A stretch of 64,000 bases of DNA from Candidatus Omnitrophota bacterium (GTDB lineage: Bacteria; Omnitrophota; Gorgyraeia; Duberdicusellales; 4484-171). Below the pieces are notes generated by a model, which searched no databases, had not been told where the DNA came from, and saw only the letters and a list, made by a program, of their open reading frames with translations. A program made the translations under genes and the position numbers. The DNA lies in contig JBAWWL010000010.1 of assembly GCA_037146775.1 (NCBI GenBank), positions 12,963-76,962 of the forward strand. Direction: 5' to 3'. Numbering within the stretch: position 1 is the stretch's first letter; every line of letters starts with the position of its first letter. Positions 1 through 9,440 of the stretch are shown piece after piece.

Positions 1-51
1 GACTAACGCGGCAATAATTATGAATAATAGTAAAAAATTTATTTCTAGCAT
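1..51 (-). CDS. 5' fragment of next hydrogenase/Mrp-like membrane subunit (MLEINFLLLFIIIAALV..., runs off window)
   Basis: ATG at 51-49 directly after the stop of the NuoL-like gene; hydrophobic N-terminus typical of MnhB/DUF4040-like subunits. Confidence 0.6.
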   Translation of the reverse strand, partial: MLEINFLLLFIIIAALV

Positions 52-1683
52 TTATTTAAAAAAATAGAAAAACAATCCTATCATTCCGATCAAACACCAA
101 GCCAAATAAGTCGATAATATACCGTTATGCAAGTAACGTAAGAAAGTTATGAATAACGATGAAATCCTTTTCCCCATTTCGTAAATATCGAATATTTTCT
201 TTTCTGCCATGGCATATATAACTTTAAAAATACCGATTTCTTTAAAGGAGTTATAGAAATCATCCGCTTTTACTTCTTCGTCGGGATCCGATTCTTCTCC
301 CCCGACAAAAGAATTACTCACACTTATTTTTTTCTTTATTACTGCAGATATGATAAGGCCGAAAATAAAACCTAAAACAATCAAGATCGTGGTGAATGTA
401 AGTTGATATGAATATGTTCCAGATAATATCCCCACACTTTTAAAGATAAATTTTAGGATAGTTGCCTGAGCGAAGATGCCGAAAATTACGCACAGTAAAG
501 AAAGAATGATCGGCGCGAACAAAAGAAGCGGGCCAACTTCTTTTGTTTCTTTTTTAGAATTTCCTAAAAATACTCCTGAATTCAATTTTAAGAATGAGGC
601 AAGGGTTAACCCCGAACCTATCAAGGCCAGAACTAAGGAAATCGCAATGATGAATTTTAAATAAAAAGAGGCGGTTGAATTCATGAAGTTTATTAAACTT
701 TGATAGATCATCCATTTTGAGACAAAACCATTCAATGGCGGAATCCCGGAAATAGAAAAGGAAGCGATAAGGGTGGTGATAAAGGTAAGCGGCATATATT
801 TCGCTAAACCACCTAACTGCGACAAGTCGGTCGTGCCTGCTCTCTTTTCAATATTACCGACGCTAAGGAATAAACAAGATTTATATATTGCGTGATTAAC
901 CATATGAAATAAACCCGCAGCTAAGCCCAGGGGGGTGCCAGAGGCAATACCTAAAACCATATAACCCACCTGAGATACTGCGTGGTAGCCCAAAAGCTTT
1001 TTTATATTATGTTGGATAAGTGCCATCATTACTGCGCAGATTATGGTAAGGGAACCGGCAACAAGCAAAATAATCTTTGCAATATCATCCAAGATGAAAG
1101 CATCTTTAACCACTCTTACTAAAAGATAAATGCCTAACAGCTTATCCAATGATGCGGGCAAATAGGCCACTACTGGTATGCTGGCGTGTTCTGCTGCTTC
1201 GGGAACCCAGGTGTGGAAGGGCATGCATCCGGCTTTCGCAAAACAACCAATGACAATACATATAAATGCGAGCAGTGAAAGCCCGTCATTTATAATAAGA
1301 AGGTTGCCTTGTATGGAAGTATTGGTGGTTAAGTAAGTATAAAGCAAGAAACCGAAAAGTAAAAAACCGTCGCTTCCCCCTACGATGATAAAAGTTTTTT
1401 TTGCCACACTGGCGATTATTGAGTTTGATTCGGAATAAAGGTTTATAAGTTGGAAAAGGGCTAAACCCAGAAATCCCCAGAAAATTACTATAAGGATAAG
1501 ATTACTGGAAAAAGCTACCCCCAAAGATGAAAGTGCAGTCAGGAAAAACCAAATATAATATTGAATCTTTTTAGTTTTTATAAATCCTAAAGAGTAAATG
1601 AAAATAATAACGGTAAAAAATACTATAAGGATTCCTATCAGTTGCGAGAGCGGATCAAAAAATAAATTCTTTCTAAAGTCCAT
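52..1683 (-). CDS. Proton-translocating antiporter-like subunit (NuoL/MrpA/HyfB family) of membrane-bound hydrogenase
   Basis: Polytopic; motifs AKAGCMPFHTWVPEA, YHAVSQVGYM, FHMVNHAIYKSCLFL, GIPPLNGFVSKW. Confidence 0.9.
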   Translation of the reverse strand: MDFRKNLFFDPLSQLIGILIVFFTVIIFIYSLGFIKTKKIQYYIWFFLTALSSLGVAFSSNLILIVIFWGFLGLALFQLINLYSESNSIIASVAKKTFIIVGGSDGFLLFGFLLYTYLTTNTSIQGNLLIINDGLSLLAFICIVIGCFAKAGCMPFHTWVPEAAEHASIPVVAYLPASLDKLLGIYLLVRVVKDAFILDDIAKIILLVAGSLTIICAVMMALIQHNIKKLLGYHAVSQVGYMVLGIASGTPLGLAAGLFHMVNHAIYKSCLFLSVGNIEKRAGTTDLSQLGGLAKYMPLTFITTLIASFSISGIPPLNGFVSKWMIYQSLINFMNSTASFYLKFIIAISLVLALIGSGLTLASFLKLNSGVFLGNSKKETKEVGPLLLFAPIILSLLCVIFGIFAQATILKFIFKSVGILSGTYSYQLTFTTILIVLGFIFGLIISAVIKKKISVSNSFVGGEESDPDEEVKADDFYNSFKEIGIFKVIYAMAEKKIFDIYEMGKRISSLFITFLRYLHNGILSTYLAWCLIGMIGLFFYFFK

Positions 1684-2857
1684 AATCTTTTTTTAAATTT
1701 TCTGTTTTTTGTATGGAAAGTTTTATTAAATCGTCACCGGTCAATATCTTTTCACCGGTTTTTAAGAAAACGGCGCTTCTTTCGGTGCAACAATAGCAAG
1801 GATCGACTGCCGCCAGAGTAATAGCAGCATCGGAAATAGTATAGCCGGGCACGGTTACGAGATTGCTCGCTACATTCACGAAGGAAGGCGCGCGTATTTT
1901 GTGCCTTATTGGCCGGTTGGTGCCATCGCTACGTATGTAGTGGATGCATTCACCGCGTGGTGCTTCCACTCTCCCTATCCCTTCTCCCGGAGGTATATCA
2001 CGCACTTCTGCCTCGATCGCTCCGTCAGGAATTTTGTCCAGACATTGTTCAATGAGCGAACAAGATTCAAACATTTCAAGAATACGCACTATAACTTTTG
2101 CGTATATATCTCCTTCGCGGCAGGTTATGACTGACCAGTGTAGTTTGTCGTAAAAAGCGTAAGGATCGTCTCTGCGCACATCTATATTGACGCCGGATGC
2201 CCGCGCGGTCGGGCCGACAACAGCTATGGATAACGCATCTTCCTTCTTTAATATCCCTACACCCTTAGTTCTGGTTTGGATAACCGGGTCATCCTCAATC
2301 GCCTTTTGGAATAATTGCAGGGTAGGATAGAGCTCTTTGATGGTTTTACGTAAAACTTGATAATCCTCTTTTTTCATGTCACGCCGGACCCCACCGATTT
2401 TCATCATCGCGTAATTTTGGCGGTTACCGGAAATTAATTCAAACATATCTAAGATCGGTTCCCGTGCTTTCCATGCCCACATCCAAATGGTGTTATAACC
2501 AATAAAATGCCCGGCAAGCCCGAGCCAAAGAAGATGTGAATGTAGGCGCTGTAATTCATCGATAATCATACGAATGTAATGAGCGCGTTCAGGTATGTCT
2601 ATTTTTAGAAGGTCCTCCACCGCCAAGCAATACGCAAAAGGATGGGAAGTTGAACAAATACCGCAGATACGTTCGACCAAGAACGTTATTTGGTCCCAGT
2701 GTTTCGCTTCCGCGAGCTTCTCTATTCCGCGATGGTTATAGCCGATATCTACTTCCAGGTCGACTACTCGTTCACCCTCGACGATGAGCTTAAAAAATTC
2801 CGGCTCTTCTTGCAGTGGATGATACGGGCCAATAGGAACAATTTTGCGTTTACTCAT
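1673..2857 (-). CDS. Group 4 [NiFe]-hydrogenase large subunit (NuoD/EchE/MbhL-like)
   Basis: GPYHPLQEEP, HRGIEK, L1 RICGICS, EAPRGE, L2 DPCYCCTER; all four metal-binding Cys present, short C-terminal extension. Confidence 0.93.
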   Translation of the reverse strand: MSKRKIVPIGPYHPLQEEPEFFKLIVEGERVVDLEVDIGYNHRGIEKLAEAKHWDQITFLVERICGICSTSHPFAYCLAVEDLLKIDIPERAHYIRMIIDELQRLHSHLLWLGLAGHFIGYNTIWMWAWKAREPILDMFELISGNRQNYAMMKIGGVRRDMKKEDYQVLRKTIKELYPTLQLFQKAIEDDPVIQTRTKGVGILKKEDALSIAVVGPTARASGVNIDVRRDDPYAFYDKLHWSVITCREGDIYAKVIVRILEMFESCSLIEQCLDKIPDGAIEAEVRDIPPGEGIGRVEAPRGECIHYIRSDGTNRPIRHKIRAPSFVNVASNLVTVPGYTISDAAITLAAVDPCYCCTERSAVFLKTGEKILTGDDLIKLSIQKTENLKKDYGL

Positions 2858-3281
2858 TGGTATAATCCTTTCGTAAGGGATAGCTGTCTTTGGGCCAATC
2901 GTTATCCAGTAATAAATGCGTTAAATTGGGGTGGCCGATAAAACGTACGCCCAACATTTCATTGATTTCCCGTTCTACCCAGTCGCTTGCTCTAAATAGT
3001 TTGGTTAATGAATCAATTTCAGGGTTATTTTTTTCTAGAAATACCCGGATGTTAAAAATTTCCCCGCTCTTGTCGCAGCTAAAATGATAAATCAGCTCAA
3101 AATTTTGTTCATTGTCTATGCCGGTTATGGTAGAAAGGCGCATGGATAGGTCAGAAAAGAAAAGTTTTGCCGTCTGTAAAAGATGTTTTTTATCAATAGT
3201 CAGGTAAATCCTTTTGGGGCTCTTTGTTTCCCACTCTTTTATGGTTTCCTTTAACGCATTTTTTACTTCATCTTTAATCAT
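2850..3281 (-). CDS. NuoC/EchD-like hydrogenase subunit
   Basis: ASDWVEREINEMLGVRFIGHPNL...PLRKD. Confidence 0.9.
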   Translation of the reverse strand: MIKDEVKNALKETIKEWETKSPKRIYLTIDKKHLLQTAKLFFSDLSMRLSTITGIDNEQNFELIYHFSCDKSGEIFNIRVFLEKNNPEIDSLTKLFRASDWVEREINEMLGVRFIGHPNLTHLLLDNDWPKDSYPLRKDYTNE

Positions 3282-3282
3282 T

Positions 3283-3705
3283 TTACCGCCTGTTTATTTT
3301 ATCAATTAGTTTTACAATTCCAGTGATCATTGCTTCTGGCTTGGGGGGGCAGCCCGGTATATATACATCAACCGGAATAACTTCATCAAGTGCAGCCACA
3401 GTGTTATAGCTATCTTTAAACATATGACGAGAGCAGGGGCAGGTGCCTACTGCTATCACAAAACACGGTTTTGGTGCTTGTGCGTATACCTTTTTAAAGC
3501 GTTTCAGCGCTTTTCTATTTAAAGATCCGGTTACAAGAATTGCGTCCGCATGCCGGATGCTGCCGATTAACTGTATACCAAAACGTTCTATATCAAAGCG
3601 TGGGGTAATACAATCTAAAATTTCAATGTCACAGTTGTTGCAGGAACCGATGCTTGCGTGAAAAACCCATAATGATTTTGTGAGAATTTTTTCTTTTAGG
3701 CCCAT
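3283..3705 (-). CDS. Hydrogenase small subunit (NuoB/EchC-like)
   Basis: SCNNCDIE, RHADAILVTG, AVGTC, VDVYIPGCPPKPE; start placed at ATG 3705 (MGLKEK), which overlaps the upstream TGA. Confidence 0.92.
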   Translation of the reverse strand: MGLKEKILTKSLWVFHASIGSCNNCDIEILDCITPRFDIERFGIQLIGSIRHADAILVTGSLNRKALKRFKKVYAQAPKPCFVIAVGTCPCSRHMFKDSYNTVAALDEVIPVDVYIPGCPPKPEAMITGIVKLIDKINRR

Positions 3706-4625
3706 CACATTCCTCGCAACGCTAAAATAATACCAACAATACCTACGGGAAACAAGAAAAACCAAAAAAAGTTTAAAATTTCTTTAATGCGTAACCGCGG
3801 ATTTATATTTTTTATTACCGCAACCAGCAATATGATTATTATGTATTCTGCTGGTATGGTGAGAAATTTTTGCCAGGCTCTAGAGTGAGGAAATTGGCCA
3901 AAAAGTAAAATCAATAAAAGCGGCAGTGAACCGTATAAAAGAAGTTTTGTGGCGCGGAAAAAACCCAACAATGAACCGGAATATTCTATCATAGTGCCGC
4001 CCATAATTTCCTGCTCTGCTTCCGCAGCGTCAAAAGGAACAATTCCTAGTTTCGCTTGAAGATAAAATAATCCCAGAATGCTTGCGATAATGCCGGATAA
4101 ACTTGCGATGTGGGCGTGGGTGGCTTGTTGTGCTGCGATAATGCCGTTTAACTTGATGCTTCCGCCCGACTTGATAATAATAATGACTAAACTTACGATA
4201 AATACAAATTCATACGCAAGCATAAGTTTTATTTCTCTTGTTGCGCCAACGAGCGCCAGGGGGTTGTTTGACGCAAAAGAACCGATAATGATGCAAAGTG
4301 ACGGAACAATGAGTAGATACAATAGAACTATTACATCTATGGTAAAGCTGTTATGCATGAAATAACTTTGTAAAATAGCAAGACTGAAGATTGTTGTCGA
4401 AGAAAAAGCTATGATCGGAGATAATATAAAAAGCCATTTTGAGGCATTGCGTGGCATTAATGTTTCTTTTGTGAATAGTTTTGCGATATCAATAAAGCTT
4501 TGATACCAGGGAGGGCCAACCCGGTATTGGAAACGTGCGGTTAGTTTACGTTCTAACCACCAACCCATGGCGCCTACGATAAACGCAAAAACAAATTCTG
4601 GAAATATTATTAAGTAAGTAAGCAT
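3705..4625 (-). CDS. NuoH/EchB-like membrane subunit
   Basis: ERKLTARFQYRVGPP, PFDAAEAEQEIMGGTMIEYSG, NPRLRI. Confidence 0.92.
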   Translation of the reverse strand: MLTYLIIFPEFVFAFIVGAMGWWLERKLTARFQYRVGPPWYQSFIDIAKLFTKETLMPRNASKWLFILSPIIAFSSTTIFSLAILQSYFMHNSFTIDVIVLLYLLIVPSLCIIIGSFASNNPLALVGATREIKLMLAYEFVFIVSLVIIIIKSGGSIKLNGIIAAQQATHAHIASLSGIIASILGLFYLQAKLGIVPFDAAEAEQEIMGGTMIEYSGSLLGFFRATKLLLYGSLPLLLILLFGQFPHSRAWQKFLTIPAEYIIIILLVAVIKNINPRLRIKEILNFFWFFLFPVGIVGIILALRGM

Positions 4626-4630
4626 AGGGC

Positions 4631-5128
4631 TTATTTCTTCTTTTTATATAAAACAGTATCGTCAAGAAACCACTTTTTATTGGATTTAATAGCCAATATA
4701 TCAGAAACCAGATAGATACCTTGTGCGATATCGTCTGTGTCGATATCCTTGATTTCGAGCGCTGTGTAGAGGCAGGTTGGAATGCAAGATTGATTGTTTC
4801 TACTTATGCAATAATCGCATTTAGAGTCAAAAAATTTTAAAAAATCTGCAAAAATGACGCCAAAAGGGCAAGCAATAGAACAGGTTTTGCATCCGGTACA
4901 AAGAAAACGCGCACGCTTAATAATACCTTTGTCGTCTCTTGAGAGTGCCTTATGATAACAAGAATTTACGCATGGTGCTTCTTCGCAGTGATGGCAAATT
5001 AATGAAAACGTTGCGAGTTCTCGTAAGGAAGTGATGCCGTTGTTTTGTGGATGGTAAATATAGCTGCATTTTACCACGCATTCCGGGCAGGCATCGCACT
5101 TGTCTAAGTCAATAAATAGTCGTTTCAT
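4631..5128 (-). CDS. 4Fe-4S dicluster (HycB/CooF-like) electron-transfer subunit
   Basis: CDACPECVVKC, CHHCEEAPCVNSC, CTGCKTCSIACPFG, KCDYC. Confidence 0.88.
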   Translation of the reverse strand: MKRLFIDLDKCDACPECVVKCSYIYHPQNNGITSLRELATFSLICHHCEEAPCVNSCYHKALSRDDKGIIKRARFLCTGCKTCSIACPFGVIFADFLKFFDSKCDYCISRNNQSCIPTCLYTALEIKDIDTDDIAQGIYLVSDILAIKSNKKWFLDDTVLYKKKK

Positions 5129-5135
5129 ATTGTTT

Positions 5136-5356
5136 CAGATGTTAGTGTTGAGATGCCAGGCATCAGAGGCCAGATGTCTGATTCGAGAAAAAAATTTATC
5201 TGTTCCCCGGCTCTTGTTTTATATCTTCTATCCTCTGTCTTCTGCCTTTTACCCTCTGACTTCTGTCTTCTGATCTCTGTCTCTTGTCCCCTGACTTTTA
5301 TTTTCTATCTTCTGATTTCTGTCCTCTGTCTTCTGACCTCTGATGTCTGACTTCTG
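5136..5356. repeat. Degenerate heptamer array (NCYTCTG x19 at 5224-5356) with about 6 inverted units (5136-5177)
   Basis: tcttcta tcctctg tcttctg ... acctctg atgtctg acttctg, 7-bp period; inverted cagatgt..cagaggc cagatgt. Confidence 0.9.
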
Positions 5357-5359
5357 TTC

Positions 5360-6181
5360 TCAGTCCCAAATATCCTCTATCTCTTTGATGTCTTCAAACC
5401 GGAATACCGGACCATCTTTGCAAATATAAAATTTGCCTAAACGACAATGGCCGCATTTGCCCAAACCGCAGCTCATATTTTTTTCCATCGAGAGATAAAT
5501 ATTAGTAGGTTGCAATCCTAAATCAAGCAGTTTGAGTGTTGCAAATTTCATCATAATTGGCGGGCCGCAAACTATACCAATCGCTTCGGGTAAGCATAGC
5601 GGCAGCTTATCCAAGAGCGTGGTAACGATGCCCACGTTCCCTTTCCAGGAGTTATCGGCTCGGTCAACAGTGAGCCGGAATTCGACATTATTTTGTTTTT
5701 TGAATTCATCGAGTTGATATTTATATACGATATCTACAGGGCTGCGCGCGCCGTAGCAGATAATAATTTTCTTAAAATCGGTTATACGCGCATAAAGCGC
5801 GTAAATTAAAGAACGCAGTGGCGCCAGTCCAACCCCGCCGCCAACGATGACCAATTCTTTTCCCTTGAAGCTATCAAGCGGGTACCCGTTGCCGTAGGGG
5901 CCGCGTACGCCAAAAATATCGCCTGGTTTAGCTTTGTGGAATAGCTCGGTTACCTTACCCACCCGCATAATGGTTACCTCGAATCCGTCTTTACGGTTAG
6001 GATTGGATGAGGGAGTAAACGGAGCTTCCCCCACCCCGGGGTACGTTAATTCGATAAATTGTCCGGTTTCAAAAGAAAAATTCTCCTCCGGCTTAAAAAT
6101 AAAAGTTTTAATGGTCGGTGTTTCTTCTATAATTTTGGTAACCGTAACTTTCTCGGGCAGATAAATTTGTTTAGTTTTCAT
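5360..6181 (-). CDS. FAD/NAD(P)-binding subunit (AsrB / sulfhydrogenase gamma-like)
   Basis: GQFIEL, RGPYGNGY, VGGGVGLAPLRS, CGPPIMM, EKNMSCGLGKCGHC...CKDGPVF [2Fe-2S]. Confidence 0.92.
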   Translation of the reverse strand: MKTKQIYLPEKVTVTKIIEETPTIKTFIFKPEENFSFETGQFIELTYPGVGEAPFTPSSNPNRKDGFEVTIMRVGKVTELFHKAKPGDIFGVRGPYGNGYPLDSFKGKELVIVGGGVGLAPLRSLIYALYARITDFKKIIICYGARSPVDIVYKYQLDEFKKQNNVEFRLTVDRADNSWKGNVGIVTTLLDKLPLCLPEAIGIVCGPPIMMKFATLKLLDLGLQPTNIYLSMEKNMSCGLGKCGHCRLGKFYICKDGPVFRFEDIKEIEDIWD

Positions 6182-7197
6182 GCGGGTGTTTTTATTGCGA
6201 GTTGCTTAAATACTTCGCGTATGTCAATTTTTGCCGGACAGCTTTCGATACAGCGGCCACAACCGGTACAGGCATACGTTTTTATATTATCCGGAAAGAA
6301 CTCAAATTTTTTAACATAACGGTTACGAAGGCGTTGTTGGCGTAATTTAAGCGGATTGGCTCCTCCGGCTACGCGGGTAAAATTTTTGTATTGGCAACCA
6401 TCCCATATTTTTGCGCGTACATATGTTGTCGTGTGCCCTGAATCACACAAAAGAAAGCAATGACAGGTAGGGCAATTCATAATGCAGGCTCCACACTCGA
6501 CACAGCGTAATGCTTCCTGGGGCCAGACAGCGTTCTCGTATCCATCTTTTACAAGGTTATAGAGCGCATCTTTGTCGGCAAGTTGTTGAGATTTCAGATA
6601 GGCTGTTAGATTCTTTACGATATCTTCTCTTTTTTTGGTTTGCTCAAGTATATGGTTATCGTCGACAGCTTTAAATAAGTCTTTATTATTTGTGATTGCG
6701 AGCTCTCCTTTCGGTGAGCCGACCATAACAATATATCCGCCTGATACCGGTGATAGGTTAAAATCAAAAGATTTTTCCGGATACGGATTGATTCCCAGTG
6801 CCAAGCAAAAACAGACATTTTTATAACCGGTGCAGTCACTGGAAATAATGAAGTTATTATTGCGCATTGTTTGGTAGTGAGTATCTGTGGTTCCTTCCAG
6901 AAAGACAAAGTCGTGAATAGCCAGTGAAGCGAGATCGCAGTTCTTTGCTCCGACAATACAGAAAGGTTTCTTTATTTTAGAATTATGTGAAAAATATGTG
7001 TGTATTGATTCGCGTGAGGGGGTAAAAAATTGGCGCAGAGAACTTATCGGCCGGTATTTGTTAAATTCGAAAACACCGCTATAGCTTTGCCAGCAGTATT
7101 CTGTTTCTCCGGTTGGAGTGTATACGTGGTATTGCCGGGAAAAGTTTTCTAAAAGCTTGGTAAAATTATTTTTTTGAATAAAGTAATTTTGTTTCAC
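6178..7197 (-). CDS. 4Fe-4S subunit (AsrA / sulfhydrogenase beta-like)
   Basis: CVECGACIMNCPTCHCF, WDGC, CTGCGRCIESCPAKID; GTG start. Confidence 0.9.
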   Translation of the reverse strand: MKQNYFIQKNNFTKLLENFSRQYHVYTPTGETEYCWQSYSGVFEFNKYRPISSLRQFFTPSRESIHTYFSHNSKIKKPFCIVGAKNCDLASLAIHDFVFLEGTTDTHYQTMRNNNFIISSDCTGYKNVCFCLALGINPYPEKSFDFNLSPVSGGYIVMVGSPKGELAITNNKDLFKAVDDNHILEQTKKREDIVKNLTAYLKSQQLADKDALYNLVKDGYENAVWPQEALRCVECGACIMNCPTCHCFLLCDSGHTTTYVRAKIWDGCQYKNFTRVAGGANPLKLRQQRLRNRYVKKFEFFPDNIKTYACTGCGRCIESCPAKIDIREVFKQLAIKTPA

Positions 7198-7203
7198 GAC
7201 ATC

Positions 7204-7221
7204 TTGTGAATTTTTTCACAA
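7204..7221. promoter_or_regulatory. Rex-type operator TTGTGAA-TTTT-TTCACAA
   Basis: Perfect match to the Rex consensus TTGTGAA-N4-TTCACAA, located between the promoter and the start of the hydrogenase operon. Confidence 0.8.
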
Positions 7222-7251
7222 ATAATATGAAAATAAAAAAACTATTTTTAA

Positions 7252-7279
7252 AGTATAGCAGTAAAACTTTTCTTGTCAA
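7252..7279 (-). promoter_or_regulatory. sigma70 promoter of hydrogenase operon
   Basis: TTGACA-16 nt-TATACT with TG extended -10. Confidence 0.7.
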
Positions 7280-8184
7280 GGATTATCGCGACCTATTTTG
7301 TCAAAACCGGATAAAAAATCTCGCATGGCTGACAGGCATTCGTTAGTTTTTTCTAGAAAATGGGTATGTGAAGCATCCTCTATAATGCGCAGTATTGAAC
7401 CCGGAAGCATAGTTTGATAATAGGCGGTTGTTACGGGGCGTGCTTCATCGTAGCGTCCAGCCAGGAATAATGTAGGAATATTTATCTTGTGCAGGTCGTG
7501 TGCGCGTTCGTAATCTTTGAGTGTTCCGGTGCAGGTAAATTCGCTCGGTCCCCACATTTTGGTGTAGATAGTTGAATTTATTCTTGCAAAGGTTTTTTGC
7601 AAACAGTCAGGCCAAGGTTCTAATCGGCACACATGAAGTTTGTAGTACAACATTACTGCGTCTTGGTATTCTTTAGAATCGTAAATGCCCCGCTCCTCTG
7701 CTACAGCGACGGCCGATTGAGCATGCGCGGGTAGCTGTCTAAGGTATGCGCGTTGGTCGGCTATCCAGCGGGAAACGCTTAAGCACGGCCCGGAAAGTAT
7801 CATACTGGCGATACCAGAAGGTTGTTTCGTTAAGATGTATTCGATCGCGAGCATTGTTCCCCATGATGTGCCAAGGAGGTGTATAGTTTGTAATTTAAGG
7901 GCGGTACGTATTTGGGAAAGTTCTTCGACGGATCTTTCTAGTGTCCAGAGGCTAGGATCCTGTGGTTGTTCGGAATTGCCGCAACCTAGTTGGTCGTAAA
8001 AGATAACTGGCCGATCGTTACTTAATGTGTGGAGAGGCTCAAGGTAATCATGGGTAGCACCCGGTCCTCCGTGCAGCATCAAGAGAGGGGTTTTCTTTTT
8101 GTTGCGTCCTATAATTTTATACCATGCTTTGCCGCCCGTGACTGGTATAAAATCTTCGACCGTGTCGTTGCGGAAATCGTCCAC
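7276..8184 (-). CDS. pip: Proline iminopeptidase family alpha/beta hydrolase
   Basis: LHGGPG, YDQLGCGNS, GTSWG nucleophile, MWGPSEF, GRYDE. Confidence 0.85.
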   Translation of the reverse strand: MDDFRNDTVEDFIPVTGGKAWYKIIGRNKKKTPLLMLHGGPGATHDYLEPLHTLSNDRPVIFYDQLGCGNSEQPQDPSLWTLERSVEELSQIRTALKLQTIHLLGTSWGTMLAIEYILTKQPSGIASMILSGPCLSVSRWIADQRAYLRQLPAHAQSAVAVAEERGIYDSKEYQDAVMLYYKLHVCRLEPWPDCLQKTFARINSTIYTKMWGPSEFTCTGTLKDYERAHDLHKINIPTLFLAGRYDEARPVTTAYYQTMLPGSILRIIEDASHTHFLEKTNECLSAMRDFLSGFDKIGRDNP

Positions 8185-8197
8185 GTTTCCCAGCGCG

Positions 8198-8575
8198 CTA
8201 GTCTTTTGTTACTTTTAGATCGCCGTTTTCACCCCAGGAAGTGTAAAATTTGCAGGTCATTTCTTTATTGTTGTTCACTGTCCCGGAAAAGCTGTAAGAT
8301 TTTGAGCTTGAAATTGCCGTGAAAGAGATGGCGGTATCCTTTATTGTTCCGGAAATAACATAGTAGTTTCCTTCCCAGTCAGAGAGAGTGCCGCTGATAG
8401 CGTCGCCGGCTTGCGCTAATTCGAGTTTCCCCGATTTTGTCCCGTCACTATACACATATTTCCAGTTGCCGGTTACGTTATATTGGGTTTGGGAAAAAAC
8501 ATCAGTTGTAATTGTCGCAGTAATAATTGCGCACGCAAAGAAAATCTTTTGCAGTAATTGCTTGTGTTTCATCAA
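8198..8575 (-). CDS. Secreted small beta-barrel hypothetical protein
   Basis: Signal peptide, NVTGNWKY...LELAQAGDAISGT pattern; AGGAGG RBS. Confidence 0.7.
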   Translation of the reverse strand: MMKHKQLLQKIFFACAIITATITTDVFSQTQYNVTGNWKYVYSDGTKSGKLELAQAGDAISGTLSDWEGNYYVISGTIKDTAISFTAISSSKSYSFSGTVNNNKEMTCKFYTSWGENGDLKVTKD

Positions 8576-8599
8576 TACCTCCTTGTAAGCGTTTATACG

Positions 8600-8923
8600 C
8601 TATATTTGCTGTATGCCTAAATAAACACCATTTCCGCTGTAGTATTCGATAGTGCCGGCTTGTGGATTGTATACTGAAAGCATCCATTTTCCTTCGGCAA
8701 TAAGGGGATCGTTATCTTTTTTTATTTGTGCGTTTACCGTTACGGTGGCGGTGGCGGTGTTATCAGTAGTTAAATCGGTAGATGTTTTGGTGGCAATTGT
8801 TTCTGCTGTTTTTATTGTTTCGGTCGAAATGCCTTCGATGGATTTCTCGTTCGTTTGATTTTTTTGCGGTGTGCAATTGGCGCATGCCAGACAGAACGCT
8901 ATTAGAAAAAATATTTTGATCAT
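8600..8923 (-). CDS. Hypothetical secreted protein or lipoprotein, Thr-rich linker
   Basis: Start MIKIFF at 8923 with GGAGGAG RBS; hydrophobic leader ending in Cys. Confidence 0.65.
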   Translation of the reverse strand: MIKIFFLIAFCLACANCTPQKNQTNEKSIEGISTETIKTAETIATKTSTDLTTDNTATATVTVNAQIKKDNDPLIAEGKWMLSVYNPQAGTIEYYSGNGVYLGIQQI

Positions 8924-8963
8924 AAATCTCCTCCTTCCTAATATAGTATATGTATTCTTGCGA

Positions 8964-9428
8964 TTATGCAAGTTCCTGTAAAAATTTTTTTAAGCGCTCG
9001 CGATGCTCAACATAGGCTTGGGAAAGAGCTTCAAGTAACTGCCGTATTATTTTTGTGTCAGTTTTATAAATCGAGAAAAATCTACTTTCGATGACTGAAT
9101 CTTCCAAGGTTAAAGCTATTTCCAGTGCTTTACGTAAAGATATTTTTTTTCTTTTTGCACGCACTATGTATTTTTTGATTGACGTGAGAGATTTCTCTAT
9201 GCCAGACAGTGCGAATCGGTCGGTATCGAATTGTACGTTTTTATCTGCCACTTGCGGATATAATTTTCTAATCCAGCTGGCATGCACGAGTTCTTCCAGC
9301 GACAAAATGTGCCAAAATTGTTGATGGAAAATGAACTGTCTTGAGAACAATGCATAAAGTGCGCTTATCGTTTCTTCATGCTGGGCCAGCCGTTCAACGG
9401 TCATCATTTGCCTTTTTATGGTGTCCAT
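8964..9428 (-). CDS. Ferritin-like / rubrerythrin-family protein
   Basis: HE..LY, EELVH, ALTLE, EHRERL helical di-iron-type pattern. Confidence 0.7.
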   Translation of the reverse strand: MDTIKRQMMTVERLAQHEETISALYALFSRQFIFHQQFWHILSLEELVHASWIRKLYPQVADKNVQFDTDRFALSGIEKSLTSIKKYIVRAKRKKISLRKALEIALTLEDSVIESRFFSIYKTDTKIIRQLLEALSQAYVEHRERLKKFLQELA

Positions 9429-9440
9429 ACCCCTCCTTGC

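Noticed and set aside
52-4625. Respiratory complex I (nuo) operon
   Set aside because: The large subunit retains both NiFe CxxC motifs and the gene order is hydrogenase-type
5153-5350. 65-aa plus-strand hydrophobic ORF
   Set aside because: It is a translation of the heptamer repeat, antisense to the operon, with no clear RBS
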